Source: Thermoplasmatota archaeon
Lineage (GTDB): Archaea; Thermoplasmatota; E2; JACPAO01; JAHFTW01
Assembly: GCA_038046785.1 (NCBI GenBank)
Contig: JBBSVM010000002.1
Span: 125,196 to 189,195, forward strand
DNA: 64,000 nucleotides
Reading direction: 5' to 3'
The position numbers were made by a program, and so were the translations under genes. The notes under the pieces are model-generated. The model was not told where the DNA came from. It did not search any database and worked only from the letters and a program-made list of their open reading frames with translations. Every line of letters starts with the position of its first letter. Within the stretch, counting starts at the first letter, position 1. Of this stretch, positions 29,834 to 38,798 are shown piece after piece.

Positions 29834-30463
29834 ATGCCCAGCCGTCGCGACCATGACGTTCCCGCCGCCACCATCTCGGCCACCATTGGCGTCTTCCTGA
29901 TTCTGGTGAGCTTGCCGTTCGCGGTGCTGGCCTACCAGGACCTGGAATCGAACGCCAGCGAATTCCTCGTCTCCTGGAGCGAACGCAACGCGGTGACGGA
30001 CCCGACCAGCCCGGGCCAACCGGCCGCTTCGGTGCGCATCGCCGATGGCCTTCCCGCCGTTGTCCGGATCACCTCGACCGCGTGCGCGGACTCCCCCGGT
30101 CCCGGCCAGAACTCGGCCCAGCTCACGGTCAACCTCAAGCGCACGGTGAACGGCGTCACCACCGACCTCGGCAGCAAGCAGTACACGTGCGCCACCGCCT
30201 CGGGTGACCTCGTGAGCAACCGCACGCTCGCTCCCGACGTTGGCGCCATCACCGGCCAAGACATCGCCGACGCCGCGAGCAACCTCGCCGACCGCGTCGC
30301 CGCAGGTCTCGTCACCGCCGAATACACCGCCACCGTGGTCGCCACCCGCTCGGCCGCCCAGGTGCCCGGCATCCCGCTGCCCAACCTCCAGTCCACGCTC
30401 ACCGCCACCGTCCAGCTCAGCGTGACAACCTGGGCCCCCACCCTCGCGGAGGCGGCCGAATGA
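29834..30463 (+). CDS. Hypothetical membrane-anchored exported protein
   Basis: N-terminal TM helix, Thr/Ala-rich beta domain with 2 Cys; ATGA overlap with the permease. Confidence 0.7.
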   Translation: MPSRRDHDVPAATISATIGVFLILVSLPFAVLAYQDLESNASEFLVSWSERNAVTDPTSPGQPAASVRIADGLPAVVRITSTACADSPGPGQNSAQLTVNLKRTVNGVTTDLGSKQYTCATASGDLVSNRTLAPDVGAITGQDIADAASNLADRVAAGLVTAEYTATVVATRSAAQVPGIPLPNLQSTLTATVQLSVTTWAPTLAEAAE

Positions 30464-32100
30464 CCGTCCTGCGCCGCGGCTTCGCCCGCTTGGGCTACAA
30501 GAAGAACATCGACCGCCTCCTCGAGGAGTCGCGCAGCAAGTCCGGCCTTGCCAAGACGCTTGGCAGCAAGGACCTCATCGTTCTCGGTGTCGCTGGCATC
30601 ATCGGCGCCGGCATCTTCGTCCTCATCGGCCAAGGCATTGAGAAGGCGGGCGTTGGCGTCATCCCTGCCTTCGTCGTCGCCGCCGCCATCTGCGCCGTCG
30701 CCGGCTTCGCCTACGCCGAACTCGCCGCCGCCATTCCGGCTTCAGGTTCCGCCTACGCGTACATCTACACTGCCATCGGCGAGCTGCCGGGCTGGATGGT
30801 CGCCTGGGCGCTCATCCTCGAATACGCCGTCGGCGCCGTCGCGGTCGCCATCGGCTGGCGCAACAACCTGCTGGCACTCATCAACCAGTTCAAGGACACC
30901 GACCCCGTTACCGACATCTTCGCCAACGCGGACTCGCCGGCGCTCTACTGGTTCACGCACAGCCCGCTCGAATCGGTGACGCTCACCGACGGAACGGTCC
31001 TCAATGGCATCCTGAATCTGCCCAGCATCCTCATCGTCATCCTCTGCACGCTCTTGCTGGTGCGCGGCACGAAGGAGTCGGCGAAGTTCACCTTCGTCCT
31101 CGTCATCATCAAGGTCGCCATCCTGCTGCTCGCCATCGTGGGCGGCTTCCTCGCCTTCGACGCAGCCAACTTCGATGATCCCTTCCCGCACCCCATCCCG
31201 TCGGCTCCTGACCTGCCCGACACGCGCGAATTCTTCCCCGCCATCCAAGGCGTCTTCGCGGCGGCGGCCATCATGTTCTTCGCTTACATTGGCTTCGACT
31301 CCGTCTCGACGACGGCGGAGGAGACCCGCAACCCGAAGAAGGACCTGCCGCGCGGCATCCTGGGCAGCCTGTTCATCACGACCGCCCTCTACGTCCTCGC
31401 CGCCGCGGCGCTCACCAGCGCTGCGAACTGGCAAACATTCGTCGGCGACTCCGTGGCCGCCACCAACGCCAAGGGCGAACCGTTTGGCTTCGTCTTCGAG
31501 CAGAACGGCTTCCTCGAAATCGGCGGCTTCGGATACGGCGCTCTCCTGGTGCGCATCGGCGCCCTCATCGGCACCACCTCCGTGCTCCTCGTGCTCATTC
31601 TCGGCGGTGTTCGCGTCTTCTTCAACATGAGCCGCGACGGCCTGCTGCCCTCCTGGATGAGCAAGGTCTCGGCGCGCGGAGCTCCCGCCAAAACCACCCT
31701 GCTGTACGGCGGCTTCACCGTGCTGTTCGCCGGTCTGCTCACGCTTGGCTCGGCGGTGGACCTGGTGAACATCGGAACCCTGTTCGCGTTCTTCATGGTC
31801 ATCCTCGCTGTCTGGGTGTTCCGCATCCGCCGCCCCGACGTGGAGCGGCCGTTCCGCATGCCGCTCTGGCCGGTCTTCAAGGACTCCAAGGGACGCCCCT
31901 ACCTGCCTGTGCTGAGCATGCTTGGCATGCTCGGCGTCGCCGCGCTCATCTTCAGCCTGAACGCCTTCACGCTGCTTGCGTCCGTCGTCTGGGCCGGCCT
32001 GGGCTTCATCGTCTACGCTCTCTACGGCGTGCGCAACAGCAACGAGGCGCGCGAACGCTTCGCCCTGAAGCCCGCCGCGGATGTGGACGGCGACGAGTAG
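30460..32100 (+). CDS. APC-family amino acid permease (CAT-like)
   Basis: IIGAGIFV, YAELAA.IP.SGSAY, FFAYIGFD, EETRNPK.DLP.GI, RDGLLP. Confidence 0.93.
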   Translation: MTVLRRGFARLGYKKNIDRLLEESRSKSGLAKTLGSKDLIVLGVAGIIGAGIFVLIGQGIEKAGVGVIPAFVVAAAICAVAGFAYAELAAAIPASGSAYAYIYTAIGELPGWMVAWALILEYAVGAVAVAIGWRNNLLALINQFKDTDPVTDIFANADSPALYWFTHSPLESVTLTDGTVLNGILNLPSILIVILCTLLLVRGTKESAKFTFVLVIIKVAILLLAIVGGFLAFDAANFDDPFPHPIPSAPDLPDTREFFPAIQGVFAAAAIMFFAYIGFDSVSTTAEETRNPKKDLPRGILGSLFITTALYVLAAAALTSAANWQTFVGDSVAATNAKGEPFGFVFEQNGFLEIGGFGYGALLVRIGALIGTTSVLLVLILGGVRVFFNMSRDGLLPSWMSKVSARGAPAKTTLLYGGFTVLFAGLLTLGSAVDLVNIGTLFAFFMVILAVWVFRIRRPDVERPFRMPLWPVFKDSKGRPYLPVLSMLGMLGVAALIFSLNAFTLLASVVWAGLGFIVYALYGVRNSNEARERFALKPAADVDGDE

Positions 32101-32152
32101 GCGACCGTCCCAAGGGAACGGTTAAACGGACCCCCTAAGTCGCGCTGGCATC

Positions 32153-32497
32153 ATGACGGACCCGAACCAGCCCATCCCGCCCGCCGGCACCGCCGACGAC
32201 GAGGAAGAGTTGGACATCGAGGAGGAGCCCAAGCAGGCCCCCCGCGCCAAGGTCGCTCCCGCCAGTGCCAAGCTGGTGGACCGCGCCTGGGCCGCCCAGA
32301 AGAACCTCGAGTCGCGCATGGCCGGCCTCACCCGCGGCCGCTTCGCGCGTGTCCTCAAGATGGCGCGCAAGCCGGAGCCGGAAGAGTTCCGCCAATCCTC
32401 CATCATCGTCCTGGTCGGCATCGGCGTCATCGGCGCCTTTGGCTTCTTCACCTACCTCTTCATGCAGTGGCTCCTGAGCGCCCTCGGCGCCGCCTAA
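32153..32497 (+). CDS. secE: Protein translocase Sec61 gamma/SecE
   Basis: RVLKMARKPEPEEF + TM helix with G..GF; located upstream of spt5. Confidence 0.92.
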   Translation: MTDPNQPIPPAGTADDEEELDIEEEPKQAPRAKVAPASAKLVDRAWAAQKNLESRMAGLTRGRFARVLKMARKPEPEEFRQSSIIVLVGIGVIGAFGFFTYLFMQWLLSALGAA

Positions 32498-32603
32498 CGG
32501 AAGCCGGTCCAGCCAAACGGTGAAATAGCGGCGGTCAGTCGCGCGCTTGCTCTTTTGGGGTTTTGAACCTCCAGCGGAGCGCCAATCGAGCGCGGTGAAC
32601 CCC

Positions 32604-33296
32604 ATGGACGACAACCTCGGCATCCTCCCAACCAAGGACGAACTGGCCACGAAGGCCAAGGCAAAGACCGAGCCTGCCGCTCCCGCCGTCGTCGCCGCGC
32701 CCAAGCCCGCCAAGAAGCGCGCCAAGGACCGCAAGACCGATCTCGACGCCGAGCCGGAAGTGCGCACCGGCGCCATGCTGCTCGCGCTCAAGACCCAGGT
32801 CGGCCAGGAGCGCCGCGTCGCTGAGGCCTTCGGCGGCAAAGCGAAGCGGTTCAAGCTCCCCGTCCTCGGCCTGCTCTGGGCCACCGAGCTGCGTGGCCTC
32901 GTCTTCATCGAGACCACCGACCCGCTCGCCGTCGAGAAGGGCATCCGCGGCGTCAGCTACGCACGCGGCCTCATGAACCACAGCCTCGAAGTGCGCGACG
33001 AAGATGGCAAGGTCGTGCGCAAGAACGGCGTCACCGTCACGAAGAAGGAGTTCGTCGAGATTCCCTTCAGCGACATCAGCCGCTTCCTCACCCCTGCCTC
33101 CGCCGTCGCCAAGATTTCCGAGGGCGACATCGTCGAACTGGTCTCCGGACCGTTCCGCGGTGAGAAGGCCAAGGTCACCCGCGTCGACGACACCCGCGAA
33201 GAGATCACGGTCGAGCTCGTCGAATCGATGGTGCCCATCCCCATCACGACGAAGGGCGAGCAGGTGCGCGTTCTGCAGAAGAGCGGCGGCGCGTAG
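32604..33296 (+). CDS. spt5: Transcription elongation factor Spt5 (NusG)
   Basis: KTQVGQE, LRG.VFIE (NGN); KOW motif GDIVELVSGPFRGEKAKV. Confidence 0.93.
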   Translation: MDDNLGILPTKDELATKAKAKTEPAAPAVVAAPKPAKKRAKDRKTDLDAEPEVRTGAMLLALKTQVGQERRVAEAFGGKAKRFKLPVLGLLWATELRGLVFIETTDPLAVEKGIRGVSYARGLMNHSLEVRDEDGKVVRKNGVTVTKKEFVEIPFSDISRFLTPASAVAKISEGDIVELVSGPFRGEKAKVTRVDDTREEITVELVESMVPIPITTKGEQVRVLQKSGGA

Positions 33297-33369
33297 AACC
33301 TCCTCGTCAAACCGAACGCCAGGCTCCAGCGTGAGCTCCGCTGCGAAAAAACTCGAGGGACTCCAACCC

Positions 33370-33483
33370 GGAAAAGAGAAACCGGCGGGGCGGGCACCCG
33401 GTTGCCCGGGTGCTGGGTGGAGTCAGGTGGGTGGTGGTTGTCGCGTACCGACGCCAATCAAGGCGTCGGCTTGCCCCGCCGGC
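33370..33483 (-). ncRNA. Candidate structured small RNA (three-way junction)
   Basis: 10-bp closing helix, two 8-bp hairpins (one with a GCAA loop), TTAT 25 nt upstream, TTTCTCTTTT directly downstream. Confidence 0.55.
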
Positions 33484-33569
33484 GCACCGTCATGCTGGCA
33501 GGTCGGCATAACAACCGTCGGGGCGGTTCCATCTTGACGAGCGGCAACAGATGGACAATTTCGCGCAAT

Positions 33570-33617
33570 GTGAACGGGTTCACCTCATCAGGTGAGAGCC
33601 GCGCAAAAGGCTTTGAT
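33570..33617 (+). promoter_or_regulatory. Palindromes GTGAAC-GG-GTTCAC and TCACCT-CATC-AGGTGA abutting BRE/TATA-like CGCAAAAGGCTTTGAT
   Basis: Perfect inverted repeats; the TATA-like box is 26 nt before the GTG at 33641. Confidence 0.5.
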
Positions 33618-33640
33618 GGGCGCTCTCCCCTTGTGGGCAG

Positions 33641-33901
33641 GTGTCCGCGCGTCGCATCTGCGCCTTTGCTCTTCTCATACTCATCCTTGCCCCGGCGGTT
33701 GCGGCCGACCCCTCCAACTCCAGTTCGCCCTCCCAGCCTGACGAGGCCGCTGTGCCCTGCCCCTTGATTGAGGTGCGTCAGCCGCTTCCCGGCCATGTCG
33801 AGCCGCAGGTCTTCGTGGACCCCTTTGGCTGCTGGCAGCGCCGCGTCCTCAAGGTCACCAACTATGCCGTCCGGACCGTCAACGAACTCATCAACGGGTG
33901 A
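33641..33901 (+). CDS. Small secreted protein
   Basis: Signal peptide ending AVAA; two Cys in the mature part. Confidence 0.65.
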   Translation: MSARRICAFALLILILAPAVAADPSNSSSPSQPDEAAVPCPLIEVRQPLPGHVEPQVFVDPFGCWQRRVLKVTNYAVRTVNELING

Positions 33902-33905
33902 AGCG

Positions 33906-35351
33906 ATGCGCGTCCTGGTTCCCCTCGTCACCGCAGTACTCTTGGTCCTCCCGGTCGCCCACGCCGAACTGCGCGCAGCCAGCGCTTCCTACGATCAGCC
34001 CTCCAGCCTCGAAGGGCCCTTGGAGCTGCTCCAGCTGCGCACCGATGTGGGCGGCGGCGCACCCTGGGTCTCCTTTGAGGCGGCCGACATCGAGGCAGTG
34101 CAGTACAACTCCACCTACGTCGTCTCCGACCGGGGGAGTCCCGCTTCCTACCAGACGCAGGGTCCCACCGGAACCCCGTACGATCTGGGCGTCGGGCGGG
34201 CCCGCTTGGACGCCTCGCGCGGCCTCTACCGCCTGAACCTCTACGCGCCGAGCGGCATGGGGTTGCGCGCCCATGCTGACCAGGGCACCCTCGTCGCCAC
34301 GGATGGGACCGATTTGTCGCGTGGAGGTTTGGGCCTCGGCGGCAGCGACCCCACCTGCGCCGACCCTCGGCCCAACCTTGGGCAGTTCTGCCGCATCGAA
34401 CGGCAGGGCCCCATCCTCCTGCACAGCACGGAGGGACGCAGCGCCGAAGCGGTGGTGTACGGCGACACGCTCATCCTCGAACTGTTCGGCTTGGACATGG
34501 CGGTGGACGGCGAACGCGACATGACCCTGCAGAGCGGCCGCTTCCCCGCCGCGGTCGCCCCAGTGACCGGGCCCGTGCGGCAAGAGACCGAAGTGTTCGT
34601 CCGCCTCATCCTCACCGCGGCAACCGTCACCCTCGCAGCGGATGGCGAAGCGATGCTGGAGTGGGCGGCGCGCAAAGTCACGACCCACCACGAAGGCTCA
34701 CTCACCCTCAACTCCGCGTACGGCACGGCGCCGGGCTCGGAGGGCATCCAGCTCAACGGCGAACGCTACATCGCAGCGGCGGGCCTGGACTTCCTCCTCA
34801 CCCCGTCCTCCGGCGGTGCGCTCGAGGCAGAGCCAGCCGCGGCGAGCGCGCCCGCCGCGACCAACGCGGTGCCGGCCGCCGTCACCGCCAGCGCCCCCTT
34901 CGTCCTCCTCGCCATCGCGTTCCTTCTCGTGGGCCTTCTCGCGCTGCGGCTGCGCCCCGCCAGCCTCGGCGCCATGGAGCAGGCCATCACCCAGGGTCGC
35001 CACCGCCGTGCCGCCCGCCTGGCCGCCCGGCTCCTGCGCCGCGACCCAACCCAGGAGGATGCTCGACTCGGCCGCGCCATCGCACTCACTCGCTCCGGCC
35101 GCGCGGCGCGCGCCATCCGCGAGGTGGCGGCCCACCTGAAACGAGCGGAGCCCAGCGACGGTTCACTCCACTATGTCCTGGGCCTCGCTCTTCTGGAGAA
35201 GCGGCGTTCTTCGGAAGCGCGCGCCGCCCTGCGTGAGGCGGTGCGCCGCACCCCGGAATTGGAAGCGGATGTGCGCGCCCGCGCTTTCGACGCTCTGCCC
35301 GTCGCATCGCAGCCCGCCCGCGCCTCCAAGGAGGGGGTTGGCTATGTCTGA
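33906..35351 (+). CDS. Single-pass membrane protein with extracellular domain and cytoplasmic TPR repeats
   Basis: Signal peptide; TM PFVLLAIAFLLVGLLAL; TPR-like ARLGRAIAL, LHYVLGLAL...EAVRRTP. Confidence 0.78.
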   Translation: MRVLVPLVTAVLLVLPVAHAELRAASASYDQPSSLEGPLELLQLRTDVGGGAPWVSFEAADIEAVQYNSTYVVSDRGSPASYQTQGPTGTPYDLGVGRARLDASRGLYRLNLYAPSGMGLRAHADQGTLVATDGTDLSRGGLGLGGSDPTCADPRPNLGQFCRIERQGPILLHSTEGRSAEAVVYGDTLILELFGLDMAVDGERDMTLQSGRFPAAVAPVTGPVRQETEVFVRLILTAATVTLAADGEAMLEWAARKVTTHHEGSLTLNSAYGTAPGSEGIQLNGERYIAAAGLDFLLTPSSGGALEAEPAAASAPAATNAVPAAVTASAPFVLLAIAFLLVGLLALRLRPASLGAMEQAITQGRHRRAARLAARLLRRDPTQEDARLGRAIALTRSGRAARAIREVAAHLKRAEPSDGSLHYVLGLALLEKRRSSEARAALREAVRRTPELEADVRARAFDALPVASQPARASKEGVGYV

Positions 35352-35874
35352 CATGGGCCACCTCCCCGGAGGTTCCGACCTCCAGCGGCCTGGCCTCGCT
35401 GAGCAGCCGATGCGCGCCCGCCTGCTCTCGCTCATCACGGAGAATCCCGGCATCCACGCCAGCCGTCTCGCGCGCGAATCGGGCGGCCCGTGGGGCACTG
35501 TGCAGTACCACCTCAGCTTGCTCGGCAAAGGCGATTTGGTGCAGAGCGTGGACACCGGCCGCGAGCGCCGCTTCTTCCCCGCCAGCACCGAGCCGCGTTG
35601 GGCCCGTCTCCTCGCTCTGCTCAACCAGGGCCGCCGCCCCGAGCTGGCGCGCTACATCCAGGCCAACCCGGGGTTGCGCCAAGTGGACATCTGCGACGCC
35701 CTCGGCGTGAGCCGGAAGACCTTCCGCGCCAGCATTGGCCCCCTCGTCGAGGAGGGGCTCGTCCACGAGCGCAAAGGTCTGCAGACCAATCGCTACTTCC
35801 CCGAGCCGGGGCTGGCCGAGGCGATGGGTCAGGTCCGCGACGACCCATTCCCTGACGACATGGCGCTGGGCTAA
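35344..35874 (+). CDS. Double winged-HTH transcriptional regulator
   Basis: I.ENPGIH...LAR......GTVQYHL..L; second HTH IQANPGL.Q.DI...LGVSR. Confidence 0.85.
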   Translation: MSDMGHLPGGSDLQRPGLAEQPMRARLLSLITENPGIHASRLARESGGPWGTVQYHLSLLGKGDLVQSVDTGRERRFFPASTEPRWARLLALLNQGRRPELARYIQANPGLRQVDICDALGVSRKTFRASIGPLVEEGLVHERKGLQTNRYFPEPGLAEAMGQVRDDPFPDDMALG

Positions 35875-35945
35875 CCGCTTAAGCGGGCAACTCCTGGCGC
35901 GGGCGTGAAGATTGGACTCGACCGGAAACCCGGTCGATCAGTTGG

Positions 35946-36058
35946 ACAGCCTTCGGCTGGCCGGGGGGGGGCCCCGCCCCCCGCGACTTTCCCCCCGCGC
36001 GGTGGCCTTCGGCCCCCGCGACCCCCTGAAGGCTCGCGCTTCGCGCTCGCGCTCTCAC
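35946..36058. repeat. GC-rich multi-hairpin REP/MITE-like element
   Basis: AGCCTTCGGCT, G9...C runs, GGCCTTCGGCC, CGCGCTTCGCG. Confidence 0.5.
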
Positions 36059-36074
36059 CCGAGGTTCCCGCACC

Positions 36075-37265
36075 ATGAAAATCGGACTCGTTGGAAAACC
36101 GAATGTTGGCAAGTCGACATTCTTCGCAGCTGCGACTCTCGTCGATGCTGCGATTGGAAACTATCCTTTTACGACGATTAAGCCGAATCATGGCGTCGGC
36201 TTCGTGCGCGTCGCCGACCCCGGTGCGGAGCTGAAGGTGCAGAGCAGCCCGAAGCACGGAAAACTCGTCGGCGCGACGCGCTACGTCCATGTCGAACTGG
36301 TGGATGTGGCCGGTCTCGTTCCAGGAGCACACGAAGGGCGAGGTCTGGGCAACCAGTTCCTCAGCGACCTCAATCCCGCCGACGCGCTTCTCCACATCGT
36401 CGATGCCTCCGGCGGCACCGACGCGGAGGGCAACTCCGTTCCGCCCGGCACGCGCGACCCGATGGAGGACGTGCGGTTCCTGGAGATGGAGATGGACGCC
36501 TGGATTCTTGGCATCCTGCGCGACGGCTGGGACCGGCTCGCCAAACAGGCGCAGGCGTCACCGAAAAAAGCAGAGGCCATCCTTGCCGAGCGACTGGGCG
36601 GCATCGGCGTCACGGAGCCCATCGCCGCGAAGGCGCTGCGCGACACCGGCCACGCTGGCATGAAATTGCTGGAACTCACACCGCACCTTGCCGCTCTCGC
36701 CACCGCTTTGCGGCGCGCCGCCAAGCCCATCGTCGTCGTCCTCAACAAAGCCGACGCGGTGAAGCCGGAACAGCTTGCTCGCCTTGAGGCCGCCCTCGCG
36801 CCCACACCGGTCGTTCGCGCGTCGGCCCAATCGGAGCTGGCGCTCGCAAAGGGAGCGGCCGCAGGCGTCCTCGACTACGCAGGTGGAGCCGGCGCGTTCA
36901 CGCCCAAGACGCAGCTCAATCCAGCACAGCAGAAGGGGCTTGACTACATCCGCGACCATGTCCTGGCGCCGCTCGGCTCGACCGGCGTCCACAAGGCCAT
37001 CGAGGCAGCGGTCTTCCAACTCCTCGGACGCATCCCGGTCTTCCCGGTCGAAGACGAGGCAAAACTGACCGACAAGGACGGCCGTGTCCTGCCCGACTGC
37101 CACCTCGTTCCGGCGGGCACGACGGCGAAGCAGCTCGCCGCGAAAGTCCACACCGATCTCGCGGAGCACTTCATCCGCGCCATCGACTGCCGCACGCACC
37201 GCACGATTGGCGCTGAGCATGAACTCAAAGCCGGCGATGTGGTCAAAATCGTCGCCAAGGCGTAG
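36075..37265 (+). CDS. ychF: Obg-family YchF-like NTPase with TGS domain
   Basis: GKPNVGKST, NYPFTTI, DVAGLV, NKAD, VHTDL, LK.GDVVKI. Confidence 0.93.
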   Translation: MKIGLVGKPNVGKSTFFAAATLVDAAIGNYPFTTIKPNHGVGFVRVADPGAELKVQSSPKHGKLVGATRYVHVELVDVAGLVPGAHEGRGLGNQFLSDLNPADALLHIVDASGGTDAEGNSVPPGTRDPMEDVRFLEMEMDAWILGILRDGWDRLAKQAQASPKKAEAILAERLGGIGVTEPIAAKALRDTGHAGMKLLELTPHLAALATALRRAAKPIVVVLNKADAVKPEQLARLEAALAPTPVVRASAQSELALAKGAAAGVLDYAGGAGAFTPKTQLNPAQQKGLDYIRDHVLAPLGSTGVHKAIEAAVFQLLGRIPVFPVEDEAKLTDKDGRVLPDCHLVPAGTTAKQLAAKVHTDLAEHFIRAIDCRTHRTIGAEHELKAGDVVKIVAKA

Positions 37266-37267
37266 CG

Positions 37268-37816
37268 ATGCTTGGCCCCGCCGACCCGCTCACGACACCC
37301 CGCCTCGCGCTGCGTCCATTCGTCCCGGACGACGCGGATGCGGTGTTCGCCTACGCGAGCCAGCCCGGTTTCTTCACCTTCCTCGACCACGTTCCACTGC
37401 GCATCCGCAGCGACTACCGTCCCAGCGACGCGGAAAGCCACTTGCGAGAATTGGCAAGCCTCGCCGCCGCGGGTTGGCCGTCCTGGGCCATCGTCCCGCA
37501 CGGCGGCGAGCCGGTGGGCGCCATTCGGTTCCACCGCGCAAGCGACGGCGGCCCCGACCCGGAGTTGGGCTACGGCATCGATCCGCGCCGCTGGGGCGAA
37601 GGGCTGGCGTCGGAGGCGGCCTCCGCCGTCATGGCGTGGGCGGCCGGGCGCACCACGAAAGCGGTGGCGCGTGTTCATCCCGCCAATGAGGCCTCCCGGC
37701 GCGTGCTTGAACGCAGCGGGTTCCGCCTCGTCGGCCCGGATGGGCGCGGCCGGCTCGCCTTCTGTTGGGCGCCCCCAAACCTTAATCTGGCGCCGGCGTC
37801 CCCGGAACCGTCATGA
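37268..37816 (+). CDS. GNAT N-acetyltransferase (RimJ/RimL-like)
   Basis: TPRLALRP, ELGY....WGEGLASEA, NEASRRVLER.GF. Confidence 0.88.
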   Translation: MLGPADPLTTPRLALRPFVPDDADAVFAYASQPGFFTFLDHVPLRIRSDYRPSDAESHLRELASLAAAGWPSWAIVPHGGEPVGAIRFHRASDGGPDPELGYGIDPRRWGEGLASEAASAVMAWAAGRTTKAVARVHPANEASRRVLERSGFRLVGPDGRGRLAFCWAPPNLNLAPASPEPS

Positions 37817-38208
37817 GCCAACCCTTGGCGGCCGCCCGGCGCATCAAGGAAAACCGCTTCTTCCAGAACCGGGTCGAGATTGGACCCCCGGTCGTCGCTC
37901 CCATTCCAGGTGCCGCGGCACTGCCCCGCAAAGGCGAGAAGTCGCCGCAGCAGATTGCTTTCGAGGAGCAGGAGGAGATTCTCGGCTTCCTCAAGGAAGA
38001 AGGGCAGGTCGCCGACGGATGCCGCCGCGTTCTCATGGCGGTGCGCGCCAAGCGGCGCGAATTGGGCAACGAGTGGGATGTGCGCGGCGCCGTCGCCACC
38101 TTCGTCCAGATGTACCAGCAGGCCGTCCCGCACGCCGACCCGGAGTACGTGCGCGGCATGAAACTCGCCCTCAAAGTCTACCTCGGCTCCAAGGAGGTTC
38201 TCGCATGA
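37813..38208 (+). CDS. Hypothetical protein
   Basis: ATG start with CTTAA about 28 nt upstream, strong codon bias. Confidence 0.7.
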   Translation: MSQPLAAARRIKENRFFQNRVEIGPPVVAPIPGAAALPRKGEKSPQQIAFEEQEEILGFLKEEGQVADGCRRVLMAVRAKRRELGNEWDVRGAVATFVQMYQQAVPHADPEYVRGMKLALKVYLGSKEVLA

Positions 38209-38771
38209 GCCCCGCCCGCCGCCCCGTGAAAGGCCGTGCCAAGGCCAAGCCAACCGTCGAGACGAAGCGCGATGTTGCCCCTGTCCGCAAGGTGCCCGCG
38301 GGCAAAGCGCGCAAGCCCACCCCCGCGCCCCTCGTCGTCAAGGACACCCTCGACCCGACCGGCTCCACCGCGGCGCAACTGCTCAAGAAGCTGCGCGACG
38401 AGCGGCACGAGTTTCGCCCCGCCACCGCCAAGAAGGTCGGCTTCGGCGAAGAGGACTTCATGGAGTTCTTCGGCGCGGAAATCGAACGCGAGCTTGCTCG
38501 CCCCGCCTACATCCACCACGATCGCTACGCGCGCTGGCCCTGCCAGTGCTGCGACGCCATCATCCCGGTGCCGCGCCGCACCACCGTCTTCCACGGTGAC
38601 TACATCCTTGAGCACGACGACATCCTCGGCCTGCTCGTGAACGGCGAGCGCTGGATTCCCAAGGCGGAGACCCCCATCCAGGTCGTCCAGCCCGGCCGCC
38701 TGCGCAACCCGTGGACCGGCAAGACTCTCGAAGGCCGCGACCTCGGAACGACGGGCGTCTACGAGAGCTGA
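38205..38771 (+). CDS. Hypothetical protein with Lys-rich N-terminus and CxCC motif
   Basis: ATGA overlap with the preceding gene; strong codon bias. Confidence 0.7.
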   Translation: MSPARRPVKGRAKAKPTVETKRDVAPVRKVPAGKARKPTPAPLVVKDTLDPTGSTAAQLLKKLRDERHEFRPATAKKVGFGEEDFMEFFGAEIERELARPAYIHHDRYARWPCQCCDAIIPVPRRTTVFHGDYILEHDDILGLLVNGERWIPKAETPIQVVQPGRLRNPWTGKTLEGRDLGTTGVYES

Positions 38772-38798
38772 GACAGCTCGTTTCGCGCCCCTTCGCGA

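Noticed and set aside
33458-33493. 11-codon minus-strand ORF (MTVRRRGKPTP) as the product of the candidate RNA locus
   Set aside because: Its ATG is only about 15 nt from the TATA-like box, upstream of the expected TSS
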